NCBI GenBank assembly: GCA_903893795.1
Contig: CAITNO010000074.1
Span: 18,766 to 82,765, forward strand
Length of the DNA stretch: 64,000 nucleotides
Direction of reading: 5' to 3'
Source: Candidatus Hydrogenedentota bacterium
GTDB lineage: Bacteria; Hydrogenedentota; Hydrogenedentia; Hydrogenedentales; CAITNO01
The position numbers were made by a program, and so were the translations under genes. Positions 8,630 to 18,469 of this stretch are shown here, one piece after another; position 1 is the stretch's first letter; every line of letters begins with the position of its first letter. The notes under the pieces were generated by a model, which saw only the letters and a list, made by a program, of their open reading frames with translations, was not told the DNA's origin and did not search any database.

Positions 8630-10624
8630 GTGAACGCGCCGGGGTATCCCTGGTGCCGCGCCGCGATCCTTGGCGGTGCGTTGTGGATGATCGCCGCGGT
8701 CGGTGTTGCGGCAAAAGACAGCGCCGCCTATCTGTGGCCTTTTGATCGTACTCCCGATCTGTCCTCCAGTTTCGGAGAATACCGTGCCGGGCGTTTCCAC
8801 ATGGGGGTGGACCTCTCCACCAATGGGGCCATTGGAGTGCCCGTCCGCGCTGCGGCCGACGGCCACATTTCGCGCCTGCGCTGCTCGCCCTGGGGCTATG
8901 GCAAAGCCGTCTACCTCACCTTCAACGACGGTTACACGGCCGTGTACGGCCACCTCTCGGGTTTCCGCGACGAACTGCGCGACTACGTGCGCCGTGAGCA
9001 GCACAAGCGCGAATCGTACACGCTGGAATTGGAAATCGGCCCGGGGCAGTTTCCCGTGAAGCGGGGCGAAATCATCGCCTTCAGCGGCGACACCGGGATA
9101 GGTCCGGCGCACCTGCATTTTGAACTGCGAGACAAGGACAACCGCGCCGTCAGCCCGCGCCTGCTCGGCATGAACTGGCCCGATACGGAACCGCCCGTTT
9201 TCAAATCCGTGATGGTGGCCCCGCGTGTTCCGGCCTCGCGTGTGGAGGGTGATGTGCTGCCGCTGGTGCGGAAAGCGGAACACATCCCCCTCAATCCCCC
9301 TTCAAAGGGGGACTTGAGGAAAGGGGAGCCCAAGGGGAAAGCGGCGTGGTCCTGCGCTCCCGTGCATGTGCAGGGCGAATTTGCCGTGGCCGTGGACCTG
9401 GTGGACCCGACACCGGCCGGAAACAAACTGGGCATTCATGATGCAAAGCTCATTGCCCCCGACGGCAGCACCGTGTTCGAGGTGCGCCATGACACCATAC
9501 CCTACGACGAGCACGGCGCCGCCTTTGCCTATCATCCCGCCTTTAACGACGAGGGGCACTTCCTGCTGCTGTGGCGCTGGCCAGGAAATGCCGCCACGAG
9601 CGATGCGGTCAGTAAGGGTGACGGTTGGTGCAGTGCCCCCGAAAAGGAGCTCCGTTACCGCATCGAAGTGGTGGACTTCATGGGCAATGCCGCAACGCTG
9701 GAACTGCCCATCCTCCCAGGCATGGACAAAAAGCCCGAGACAAAACCCAAGACCGAAAAGGCGGTTGAAGACAAGAGCGACGGAAGTTTGACCGTGGATG
9801 CGCCCGGCACCTTTCTGGTGGCAACGGCAAGCTTTCCCACGGCGGAGACACGGGCACCCGAACTGGTCATCGACGGCAAGCCCGCCGTTGACACACCTTT
9901 CTTCGCGGTGGACAAACGCAGCTTCCGCGCGGCATGGCAACCGACACCGGGAAAACGAATCACGGTTGGCGCGACCCATCCTCGGCTTGCCGCAGAGCCG
10001 ATTGTCTTGGAAACGGTCGCCTCCGGCGCGGCCCGCACACTCCAATGGGAAAAGGGTCCAAAACTGGAGATCCCCGCCGGCGCGGCCTGCGGACCGCTCT
10101 TCCTCCGCGCTGAATCCCTTGACGGGGGAGCGTGGCGCCTCTGGCCCGACACCGCCCCGTTGGCCGCCGCGGCCGAAATCTCACTGCCCCTGCCCGAGGG
10201 TCTGCGCGATCCCGCACATGCCGCCGTCGCGCGGCGCGGCGGAAGCGGATGGAACTGGCTGAAATCGGCGCGGCATGGCGATCTGCTGACGGCGCACACG
10301 GAGCATCTCGGCGATTTCCGAATCATTGAAGACAACCAGCCGCCGCGGGAAAAGGAATTCACCGCAGGCGGCGCGGCACAGGGTGCGTCGTCCCGACCGC
10401 GCATCCACGCCTCGGTTGCCGATGCGGACAGCGGCATTGCCGCCTGGGCGCTGCGCTGTGACGGGCGCTGGCTGCTCGCCTCCTATGACCCCGAAGCCGG
10501 GACAATTGACTGGGAACGAGACGAGGACCTGGCCCCCGGCACGCATGAAATAACCCTCACGCTGACCGACAACGCGGGCAACAGTGCCGCGTCGAAACAT
10601 GCCGTCATCCTTCCGAAGAAATAG
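8630..10624 (+). CDS. M23 family metallopeptidase (secreted)
   Basis: FGEYR..HMGVD, YGHL, HLHFE motifs; GTG at 8630 just after the upstream stop; the longer ORF extension overlaps the PPIase. Confidence 0.85.
   Translation: MNAPGYPWCRAAILGGALWMIAAVGVAAKDSAAYLWPFDRTPDLSSSFGEYRAGRFHMGVDLSTNGAIGVPVRAAADGHISRLRCSPWGYGKAVYLTFNDGYTAVYGHLSGFRDELRDYVRREQHKRESYTLELEIGPGQFPVKRGEIIAFSGDTGIGPAHLHFELRDKDNRAVSPRLLGMNWPDTEPPVFKSVMVAPRVPASRVEGDVLPLVRKAEHIPLNPPSKGDLRKGEPKGKAAWSCAPVHVQGEFAVAVDLVDPTPAGNKLGIHDAKLIAPDGSTVFEVRHDTIPYDEHGAAFAYHPAFNDEGHFLLLWRWPGNAATSDAVSKGDGWCSAPEKELRYRIEVVDFMGNAATLELPILPGMDKKPETKPKTEKAVEDKSDGSLTVDAPGTFLVATASFPTAETRAPELVIDGKPAVDTPFFAVDKRSFRAAWQPTPGKRITVGATHPRLAAEPIVLETVASGAARTLQWEKGPKLEIPAGAACGPLFLRAESLDGGAWRLWPDTAPLAAAAEISLPLPEGLRDPAHAAVARRGGSGWNWLKSARHGDLLTAHTEHLGDFRIIEDNQPPREKEFTAGGAAQGASSRPRIHASVADADSGIAAWALRCDGRWLLASYDPEAGTIDWERDEDLAPGTHEITLTLTDNAGNSAASKHAVILPKK
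9282..9315. repeat. REP copy embedded in-frame in the M23 gene
   Basis: acatccccctcaatcccccttcaaagggggactt is the reverse complement of intergenic 40747-40780 with 1 mismatch in 34. Confidence 0.8.
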
Positions 10625-10658
10625 GACCGTCATCCGCCGATGGGAGGGAACTGCGCTT

Positions 10659-12329
10659 ATGCACCTCTTTCGCTGTGTGTGCCTTCTTGCGTGCATCGCC
10701 GCCGCTGGTGCCCGGGCCGAAGAAACGCGGCTGCTCTTTCCGCCCGCATCGCCGCCTGCGGCTATGGTGGATGTGGTGGATCTGCGCGATGCCGCGCCGG
10801 AGCTGCGTCTGGCGGCCACGACGCTTCAGGGGGTCATAAATGCGGGCGATGAGGCGTCGCTCTTTCTGCTGCTGTCGCAGTCCGATCTGTTCTGGCGCGA
10901 CCGCATGCTGGAACGGGGCCACCTGCGCGGCGTGCGCACGCTGACGGCCGACGAATTCTTCACGTCCCGCGCGGCGGCCTTTGACCGCGTCTATGTCTAT
11001 GACCCCGCGCTGCCCGCCACCATCAACATCGGCACCATGCTCGCCTCGCTGCGCCGCGGCATCGTGACCACCGCGGAACTGGCGCCCCGGCTGGCGCCGG
11101 GCAAACCGGTGGAAGACCTGCGCGGATGGTGGAAATGCGCCGCCGAGGCCTATGAATGGGCCTTCGCGGAACTCTGGCCGAAAATGAATCCGCGCGTGCT
11201 TGCCTGCCTCTATCCCGATCCGAAGATGAGCGGACTGCGCGATTATCTTGTCCGCCAGCGCGTCTTTACTTTCTGGATTACCGACAAGGAGAAGGATGCC
11301 ACCGCAGCCGAACGCGAGCGCGTCTTGGCCGAAAAAGTCATGGCCGCCGCGCCGCCCAATGTGCCCGTGCTCGGGTTCTGGTACAGCGGTCCCGATTCGG
11401 GCATCAACGAATACGACGGTGTCGGCCTCGCCGGCGAATACGGCAAGATCACCGTCGTGTCCGACTGGGTCTCCAACTGTTCGCTGTTGTCCGGCGTGAA
11501 GGTGGACTTCGCGCCGCTGGCAAAAGCGCAACGCGCGCGCAGTGAAACGCCCCCGCCCGACCTTGATCCGGCGCGTGTCTACATTGCCTTCAACGTGGTC
11601 GAATCGGGCGACGCCCCGTCCTACCTGGAAACCCGCCAGACCGAAGTGTGGGCCGACCCAAAGCGCGGCAGCGTCCCCATCGGCTGGGGGCTGGGATTGT
11701 GCGCGGCCGAACTCATGCCGCCGGTGGTGGAGTATTACCTGCAAAGCGCCACGTCCAATGACCGCCTCTTCGCCGCCATCTCGGGCGCGGGCTACACCCA
11801 CCCCTTCCGCAATTTCATGGCGCGCACACCCAACCCGGACGCCGCGTGGAAAGACTATCTGCATGTCACTGCGGGGCTGATGGACCGGCTCGATTTCGCC
11901 GAACTGGGTCTCTACACCGACTCATGGAAACCCCACGACCGCGCCGCGCGCGAACCGGTGCTGCGCCGTTTTGCCGAAGAAATTCCCCAGGCAGCGCTGC
12001 TCATGCCGGGCATGGGCCGTGACGATGAACTGACCGCAGCCAACGCCACCTACCCGCTCGGCGGCACACGGGACACGATGGTCTCACACATCCTCACCCG
12101 CTGGCCCACCGACTATGCCGCCCTTACGAAAGAGAAACAGATTGACTGGCTCGTTAAAGAGATTCAGGAGAACACCCCCCCGGAGCGCCCCGCATTCCTC
12201 CAGGCCATGGCGCTGAGTTGGGCCTACGGCCCGTCGGACATCGCCGAAGTGGCACGGCAACTCGGCCATGACTATGTGCCGGTTTCCCTGCCGCAATACG
12301 CCGCGCTGTGGCGAAAGGCCCGCAAGTAG
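10659..12329 (+). CDS. GxGYxYP-family putative glycoside hydrolase
   Basis: signal peptide, TLQGVIN, LRDYLV, SGAGYTHP (GxGYxYP-like), RGSVPIGW; GGAGG RBS. Confidence 0.75.
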   Translation: MHLFRCVCLLACIAAAGARAEETRLLFPPASPPAAMVDVVDLRDAAPELRLAATTLQGVINAGDEASLFLLLSQSDLFWRDRMLERGHLRGVRTLTADEFFTSRAAAFDRVYVYDPALPATINIGTMLASLRRGIVTTAELAPRLAPGKPVEDLRGWWKCAAEAYEWAFAELWPKMNPRVLACLYPDPKMSGLRDYLVRQRVFTFWITDKEKDATAAERERVLAEKVMAAAPPNVPVLGFWYSGPDSGINEYDGVGLAGEYGKITVVSDWVSNCSLLSGVKVDFAPLAKAQRARSETPPPDLDPARVYIAFNVVESGDAPSYLETRQTEVWADPKRGSVPIGWGLGLCAAELMPPVVEYYLQSATSNDRLFAAISGAGYTHPFRNFMARTPNPDAAWKDYLHVTAGLMDRLDFAELGLYTDSWKPHDRAAREPVLRRFAEEIPQAALLMPGMGRDDELTAANATYPLGGTRDTMVSHILTRWPTDYAALTKEKQIDWLVKEIQENTPPERPAFLQAMALSWAYGPSDIAEVARQLGHDYVPVSLPQYAALWRKARK

Positions 12330-12356
12330 GTACCTCAGCCCAAGGGACAAAGCGAA

Positions 12357-14240
12357 TTACCTGCGGAAAGTGTAGGCCGTGGCGCCAAGGAGCGCGGCTA
12401 GAAAACAAGCCAATTCTTCCAGCCACCGCACAGGCCCCGACCCTTCCGGCGGGCAGGAGCCTTGACAGCCGCTTCCCGTGTCCACGGGTTCGCCCTCGTG
12501 AGCTTCTCCCTCATAAGGCGCCTCGCCTTCCCCCTCGCCATGTGCCTCTCCTTCACCTTCGTTATGCGCCTCACCTTCGCCCTCGCTGTGCGCCTCACCC
12601 TCGCCTTCGTTATGCGCTTCGCCTTCCCCCTCCACGACAACGGGCGGCAACTCGACAAAGCGGGCAACAATCGTCTTGCAGTCAGGAAGTTCCACAGAGA
12701 GTCGTTCATTGGCCGAGGCTTCCGGAAGCCCTTCCCAATGGTCGAGTTTCCAGCCCTGCGCGGGACGGGCACGCAGCGAGGCAACGTAACCGCGCGGCAG
12801 GGTGTGCTCGCCTGGTGCCGGGTCCAGCGAGCCCTGGCCCTCCACCCCCAGCGTCAGCAGAATGTTGTCACAGGGCCCGGTTACATGAAGCCGCAGTCCC
12901 TGGGCCTCATAGTGGGGAACGGTTCCGCAGTTGAAGGATTCCGTCACCGGATTCCCTTCCCAATGGACGGTCATGTCGGCACCGGTTGCCTGCCACAGGG
13001 ACAGAACAGGCCCGATATCCGGCAGATTGTTGTCCCGCAGGTCCAGTTCCCGCAGCGCGGTGCACTGCTCCAGCCCGGCCAGTGACCGGATCCTCGGAAG
13101 GCGGTCCGCCCATTCCAGACGGGTTAGCGCGGCCGCATCGTCTTTGCCAAGCGCATCCTGCCACTTTCCCAGCGCCATGCGGGCCGCACACTCGAGGGCG
13201 GCATCTGGAAAGAACCGGTTCGGCTCCAGTGGAAGGGTTCCATTCCGAATCAATTCCACATACTCCGCCGGAAGAATGAAGGTCCCGCCATCCTCCCCGA
13301 TGCGGTCGATAATCGTTTTGAAATCGCTCCACCCGTCCCAAAACGGCGCGAGATAGGGGTGGTGCTGCAACAGCACCACCTGTCGGGCTGGATCATGGGT
13401 GGACAGGTATTCGGCAAGGGAGGGCACGCCATTGGCGTCCTCGATTTCACCCCCGCCCCGGGGCAGGTTGAAACACTCCGATTTCGCCGAACCAAACATC
13501 CAGATGTCGATCTGACCGAGCGCGTGCAGGGCCTGGACCGTGTTCTCGTCCCACTTGTTGAACGGCGCGCCGAAGGAGCGCATCTGCACGCCGTAATTGT
13601 CGCGGATGATCTGCTGCGTCCGCTGCAGGTGGTCCAGTTGCTCCTCATAGGGGCGGCCCTGAAACTCGTAGGTGGTGCCCGCTGGCAGGGTGGCTTTGTC
13701 CGGAGGGGGCGGATAGGAGGCGTGGTCATAGCCGTGGTTGAACAGTTCCAGCAGGTCCGTGGCCTGCCACGCCTTGACCCGGGCGCGAATCTCTTCCGTG
13801 GGCTGGCTCATGCGGTTCCCAATGGCGCCCGCGGCGACTTTCACCGCCCGGTGCACCACCATTTCATCCATATAGGTGACCCAGCGGGTCCAGCCCTCAT
13901 CGGGCACATGGACGAGGTCGTCGGCCTTGAGAATCACAAACTGCCTGTACACCAGCACCGGCGCCGCACTTTCGGCCCACACTCCTGACGGCGTCACAAC
14001 CGACAGGTGGACAAAGGCGCGACCGGGGGTGTCGGAAGGGGCAAAGGCATAGGTGCCCGGGTCGGTCTCACGAACCTCGCCGACACTGCAGGTCCACTGC
14101 AACCGGGCACCCGTTGGGATTTCAGCCATCCATTGCACCTGAATGGGTGCGGTTTCACCAACACGAACCATGGGCATGCTGAAGGTTATTTGCACCGGTG
14201 CCGCCAGCAGCGACACCATCAATGTCAGTGCGCCAAACAT
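12357..14240 (-). CDS. secreted NodB/DUF2334-type polysaccharide deacetylase + LRR + B-repeat-like domain, EGEGE repeat and C-terminal TM tail (paralog 1)
   Basis: ILKADD, FNHGYDH, GAPFNKWD, LQHHP; LRELDLRDNNL; GWKLDHWEG. Confidence 0.7.
   Translation of the reverse strand: MFGALTLMVSLLAAPVQITFSMPMVRVGETAPIQVQWMAEIPTGARLQWTCSVGEVRETDPGTYAFAPSDTPGRAFVHLSVVTPSGVWAESAAPVLVYRQFVILKADDLVHVPDEGWTRWVTYMDEMVVHRAVKVAAGAIGNRMSQPTEEIRARVKAWQATDLLELFNHGYDHASYPPPPDKATLPAGTTYEFQGRPYEEQLDHLQRTQQIIRDNYGVQMRSFGAPFNKWDENTVQALHALGQIDIWMFGSAKSECFNLPRGGGEIEDANGVPSLAEYLSTHDPARQVVLLQHHPYLAPFWDGWSDFKTIIDRIGEDGGTFILPAEYVELIRNGTLPLEPNRFFPDAALECAARMALGKWQDALGKDDAAALTRLEWADRLPRIRSLAGLEQCTALRELDLRDNNLPDIGPVLSLWQATGADMTVHWEGNPVTESFNCGTVPHYEAQGLRLHVTGPCDNILLTLGVEGQGSLDPAPGEHTLPRGYVASLRARPAQGWKLDHWEGLPEASANERLSVELPDCKTIVARFVELPPVVVEGEGEAHNEGEGEAHSEGEGEAHNEGEGEAHGEGEGEAPYEGEAHEGEPVDTGSGCQGSCPPEGSGPVRWLEELACFLAALLGATAYTFRR
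12490..12632 (-). repeat. intragenic 24-bp tandem repeat encoding EGEGEAH(N/S/G)
   Basis: EGEGEAHN-EGEGEAHS-EGEGEAHN-EGEGEAHG-EGEGEAPY in the translation. Confidence 0.85.
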
Positions 14241-14473
14241 TTACGCGCTTGTCTCCCGGGTGGTTTCAGCACCATTCCTTGTCCGACACACATCATACCG
14301 CCCATCCAAGCCTAGAATTATAGGTTAGTTCCGTGTGTTCTGCAACGGCAATACAGGCTATTCAACACCCCTGCGTCCGCCTTTTCTTCCATTCCCGATG
14401 TCACAAAAGCGCGTGCGGCGGATGTCGGACAGCAAACGCCGCCTCCCAGCGGTATGTTTCAGCATGCCATCGT

Positions 14474-16423
14474 TCAGACGCGGGATCTGCGTCCGCTGAG
14501 CGCAACCAGCACCAGAAGGGCGAGCCCGGTGGGAAAGAGATCGGCCAAACGGCCTTTGAATCCAGCCAGCGTGAAATCGGCCTTGCCGCAGGTGCATCCG
14601 CCGGGGTTCAGGAACTGGTTGAGTTCGGCCTGGGTGAGCTGCCCATCCCCGTTGGCATCCATCTGGTTGAACTGGTCCTGGGTGAGTCCCGGAATCGCCG
14701 CCGCGGCTTCGGTGAAGCTCAGCCCGCCGCTGTGGTCGGCATCGGCGGCGGCAAATCCATTGAGAAGCTGCTGCGCGGCGGTGGTGACACTGGCGGGCGC
14801 GAAAACCGCTCCCACCGTCTTGGCCGTATCAACAACGAGCGTTGCCGGATTGGTCGTCGTTCCGGCCAGGTCTCCCGTCCAGCGGTTGAACACGTAACCC
14901 GCGGCGGGCGTTGCCTTCACGCTCACGGGCGAGTTCCTGGGTTCGACGTGGTCTCCCACGGACGGGTCCAGCGTGCCCAGGCCGACCACCGCAAGCCTCA
15001 ACCGCACATTGTCGCATGGCCCGGTAAAGTCAATGTGCAGGCCGTCCGCGTCCAAGAGGGGAATCTGGTTGCAGGTAAAATCATCGGAAAGGGGGTTGTT
15101 CTGCAATTGGGCGGTGATCTCGGCACCGACGCCGTGCCAGAAGTCCACAAGGGGCGTAGCGTCGGATATCTCGTTGCCCCGGAAGTCAAAATGGCGCACA
15201 CCGGACAGCGCGCCAAGGCCCATGAGGCTTTTTATGTGCGGAAGCTGGCCTGTGTATTGGAGCGATGTGAGCCCGGCCGCCGCCGCCGGGTCCACCGGCC
15301 CGGTCCATTGATTGAGCGCGAACCGCACGGCGCATTCCAGTCCCGGGTCGGGGAGTAACGCGTTCGGGTCTTTGGGCACGACCTCCATGGTGGTCAAATC
15401 AACGTATTCGCCGGGGAGGATAAAGGTTCCTTTGTCCGATTCAATCTTGTCTATGATTCCCGAGAACTCGCTCCAGTTTGCCTGGAAGGTGGTGAACGCG
15501 GGATGGTCCTGCAGTACAAGAAGCGGGCGCGCACTGTTGTAAGTCGCGAGAAATCTGCTCAGGCTGGGCATGCCTGTCCCGTTCTCAATTTCACCCCCGC
15601 CCCGCTCAAGCACATGCAGCGTTTTCTCTTCAGAAGGTCCGAACAGCCACGTATCGACCTGGTTGAGCGCGTGAAGCGCTGGCGCCGTGCTGGCGTCGAA
15701 CTTGTTATAGGGGGCGCCAAACGCGCGCATCCTGATTCCATAGGTGTCCAGAATAATCTGCTGGGCGCGCGTCAGGTGGTCCAACTGCTCCGCGTAGGGG
15801 CGCCCCTGAAACTCGAAGGTGGTTCCCGGAGGATAGGTGGTGTCTTCACCGCCGGTCGATTTGTCAAAGGATTCCTTGGCACCGGCCGGCAAATAGTGGG
15901 CATGGTCATAGCCGTGGTTCCAGAACTCGACAAAGCCGCCCCGCGCCAGGCCGACCACCTTGTCGTGCATCTCTGTGCCGGGGTTCTGGCACTGGTCGGC
16001 AATCATGCCCACCGATGTTTTTACACCGCGTGCGATGAGAGCGTTAATATAGGTCAGGAAAAGGCCAAGCTGGTCCGGCACGGAAACCCGAAAGTCGTCC
16101 GCTTTGAGGATCACGAACTGCCGGTACACCTGGACGGGTGCCGCGCCTTCCGCCCAAAGTGCACCGCCCGAGTTCACAGCCAGATGGATGAACGCCCGAC
16201 CGGGATCGGCAGGCGCGACATATTCGTATCCAGCCTTCTGGTTGCCCTGTACGCTCCCCGCAGTCGTGGACCATTGCAGCGTTGCGTCCGACGGCAACGG
16301 CTGTGAAAAGGTGATTCCGATGCCCGTCGTCGCGCCGGTGCGCACCGCCGCCGGATGGACGGCAACATGCACCGGGGACGCAAACACCGAGGCCACCACT
16401 GCCATTGCCAACATGTAAGCCAT
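14474..16423 (-). CDS. deacetylase-LRR paralog 2 with EF-hand pair and C-terminal TM tail
   Basis: same NodB-like motifs; DADHSGGLSFTE and DANGDGQLTQAE EF-hands; start chosen at MAYMLAM signal peptide. Confidence 0.7.
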   Translation of the reverse strand: MAYMLAMAVVASVFASPVHVAVHPAAVRTGATTGIGITFSQPLPSDATLQWSTTAGSVQGNQKAGYEYVAPADPGRAFIHLAVNSGGALWAEGAAPVQVYRQFVILKADDFRVSVPDQLGLFLTYINALIARGVKTSVGMIADQCQNPGTEMHDKVVGLARGGFVEFWNHGYDHAHYLPAGAKESFDKSTGGEDTTYPPGTTFEFQGRPYAEQLDHLTRAQQIILDTYGIRMRAFGAPYNKFDASTAPALHALNQVDTWLFGPSEEKTLHVLERGGGEIENGTGMPSLSRFLATYNSARPLLVLQDHPAFTTFQANWSEFSGIIDKIESDKGTFILPGEYVDLTTMEVVPKDPNALLPDPGLECAVRFALNQWTGPVDPAAAAGLTSLQYTGQLPHIKSLMGLGALSGVRHFDFRGNEISDATPLVDFWHGVGAEITAQLQNNPLSDDFTCNQIPLLDADGLHIDFTGPCDNVRLRLAVVGLGTLDPSVGDHVEPRNSPVSVKATPAAGYVFNRWTGDLAGTTTNPATLVVDTAKTVGAVFAPASVTTAAQQLLNGFAAADADHSGGLSFTEAAAAIPGLTQDQFNQMDANGDGQLTQAELNQFLNPGGCTCGKADFTLAGFKGRLADLFPTGLALLVLVALSGRRSRV

Positions 16424-16767
16424 AATAAACCAACCTTTTCTGGCCGCTGATCTGCGGGCAGCGGCTTGAGTAACCCAAACCAGGCAACCCTGAATCTTGC
16501 CCGTGTTACGCGCATCTTGGCGCGATGGAAAGACCTGGCTGAAAGAACACATTCCGCGCCAGTCTGTGCCAAAATCCTGCGGCCTGCCGGCGCAATGGCC
16601 GACAGTCACCATTCACCGTCGTCGTCTCTCTGCCGCTCTTTCAAAGGCAACGTTTACAGCTATACCGTGGGCGACATGCCCAGAGAGTTGTATGCTGATA
16701 AACGGCTGAACCCTCCCCTCGCATGTTCACTTTTCGGCTGGTTCCTGCATTATAATCCCAGCTTCAG

Positions 16768-18441
16768 GTGAAAGGGAACCCACTTGCGGACGATGCGGGG
16801 CCTGCGTGCAGCGCCAAAGAGCTTGCGGTTGCTGTTCCATCCCGGACCGTCCCTGAAAGCGAAGCGCCCATGCAGTCAAACGGCCCTGTTTCATTATCCG
16901 CAAGAGAAAGGCGCTCGCTTGTCCTGATGGCCCTGGCAGGCAGTTTCCTGGTGCTGCTGTCCACCAACCGCCATGGCGCCATGCTGTCGCCTGATTCCGT
17001 CGGCTATCTGGGCATGGCGCGCAACATGGCCGCCGGTGCGGGATTCCTTTCCTACAATGGCACCCCCGTAACGGTGCAACCCCCTCTCTATCCGGCACTC
17101 CTGGCGCTTGTGGGAAAAATGGGCGGGGTGGACCCCTTTTCCTTCGCGCACCTGTTGAATGCGGCACTCTTTGGGTTGATCGTGTATCTGGGAGGACTGC
17201 TCACCCTCAGGCATCTGTCGTCTTTTCCCGCATTCGCCCTCACGGGGACGCTGGCAACAACCTTTTCCTATCCCCTACTCCAGGTTTCGGTTTGCGCCTG
17301 GTCGGAACCGCTCTTCATCTTCTTCATGCTTCTTGGCTTCCTGTTTGCCCAGTCGTACATGGAGAAGAGAGACGCCGCATCCCTGCTGCTTTTCGCGGTG
17401 TCCGTGGCTCTGGCCTCCCTGACGCGCTACATTGGGATCACGCTGATGGTTTGGGGGATGTTTGTCGTCCTCGTCTCCAATCGCGACCGTCCGTCAAAAG
17501 GGGCTGCCCACCTGTTGCTGTACGTGCTTGTGGCGGCCGGCCCGCTTGGATGGTGGCTGTTCAGGAACTACTCCACCTCGGGAACGGTCTTCGGTCCCCG
17601 TCCCTCGGCGGTGTATACGCTGTCCCAATGCCTCAACGCCGCCTTCGGTACCCTTGCGAACTGGTATGTTCCGTCCGGAATCACTGGACCGCTGCCGCCC
17701 TCCTATGGACATTACGCCGTCTATGTGATTGGGGCGGCGGCGTGTATTGGCGCTGGGCTTTTCCTCCGGCGCGCGGGTTGGCGGAACGCCGTGGCCAAGG
17801 CGCGGACGATCAGCCCCATGGCCTCTTTCGTCGCCGGGTACGCCGCTTTCCTTGTCCTCACGTCAACGATGGCCACCTATGACCGCATCAATGATCGACT
17901 GCTCTCCCCCATCTATGTGCCGTTGACACTGCTCCTGCTGGTTATGGTAGGGACGCTGGCGCATTCCATCGGGAAACGCTTTTCACGAAAGTCGGTGAAT
18001 TCTTTTCTGCTGGCCGCCTTCGCGGTTTGGTTGACGCACCCGGTCACACTCACGCTGGCCAGGGCCACCGAACTGGTCTGCAAGGGTGGAGGATACAGCG
18101 GGAAAGCGTGGCGGGAAAGCGGCACGGTTCAGTATCTTCTTCAGCCGGAGACTGCGGAAACAGAGCGGGCGGTGTACACCAACAACATGGAGGCCGCGTA
18201 CATTCTGGCCCACCTGCCAACCCGAATGAGCCCCGCCAGGCCGATGGACGCCGACCAGGACCATCCCAACCTCTCCAAACTCAAAGGCCGCTGGCCCTAC
18301 GAAGGCAGTGCCCGGCTTGTGTGGTTCGATGAGGGCAGCCGGACCAATCTACTGGCCTTTCGCGATTTGCAGGCCGTCGCGAAAGTCGAACTCGTTGCCC
18401 GCCTGAACGATGGTGGTGTCTATTCCGTATCCAGGAAATGA
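16768..18441 (+). CDS. polytopic GT-C fold (ArnT/PMT-like) membrane glycosyltransferase (start may be 16870)
   Basis: SPDSVGY..A.N, QPPLYP, WSEPLF, LTRYIG motifs and many hydrophobic segments. Confidence 0.7.
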   Translation: MKGNPLADDAGPACSAKELAVAVPSRTVPESEAPMQSNGPVSLSARERRSLVLMALAGSFLVLLSTNRHGAMLSPDSVGYLGMARNMAAGAGFLSYNGTPVTVQPPLYPALLALVGKMGGVDPFSFAHLLNAALFGLIVYLGGLLTLRHLSSFPAFALTGTLATTFSYPLLQVSVCAWSEPLFIFFMLLGFLFAQSYMEKRDAASLLLFAVSVALASLTRYIGITLMVWGMFVVLVSNRDRPSKGAAHLLLYVLVAAGPLGWWLFRNYSTSGTVFGPRPSAVYTLSQCLNAAFGTLANWYVPSGITGPLPPSYGHYAVYVIGAAACIGAGLFLRRAGWRNAVAKARTISPMASFVAGYAAFLVLTSTMATYDRINDRLLSPIYVPLTLLLLVMVGTLAHSIGKRFSRKSVNSFLLAAFAVWLTHPVTLTLARATELVCKGGGYSGKAWRESGTVQYLLQPETAETERAVYTNNMEAAYILAHLPTRMSPARPMDADQDHPNLSKLKGRWPYEGSARLVWFDEGSRTNLLAFRDLQAVAKVELVARLNDGGVYSVSRK

Positions 18442-18469
18442 CGCGGTCACGACCGCCGTGCATGGACGC

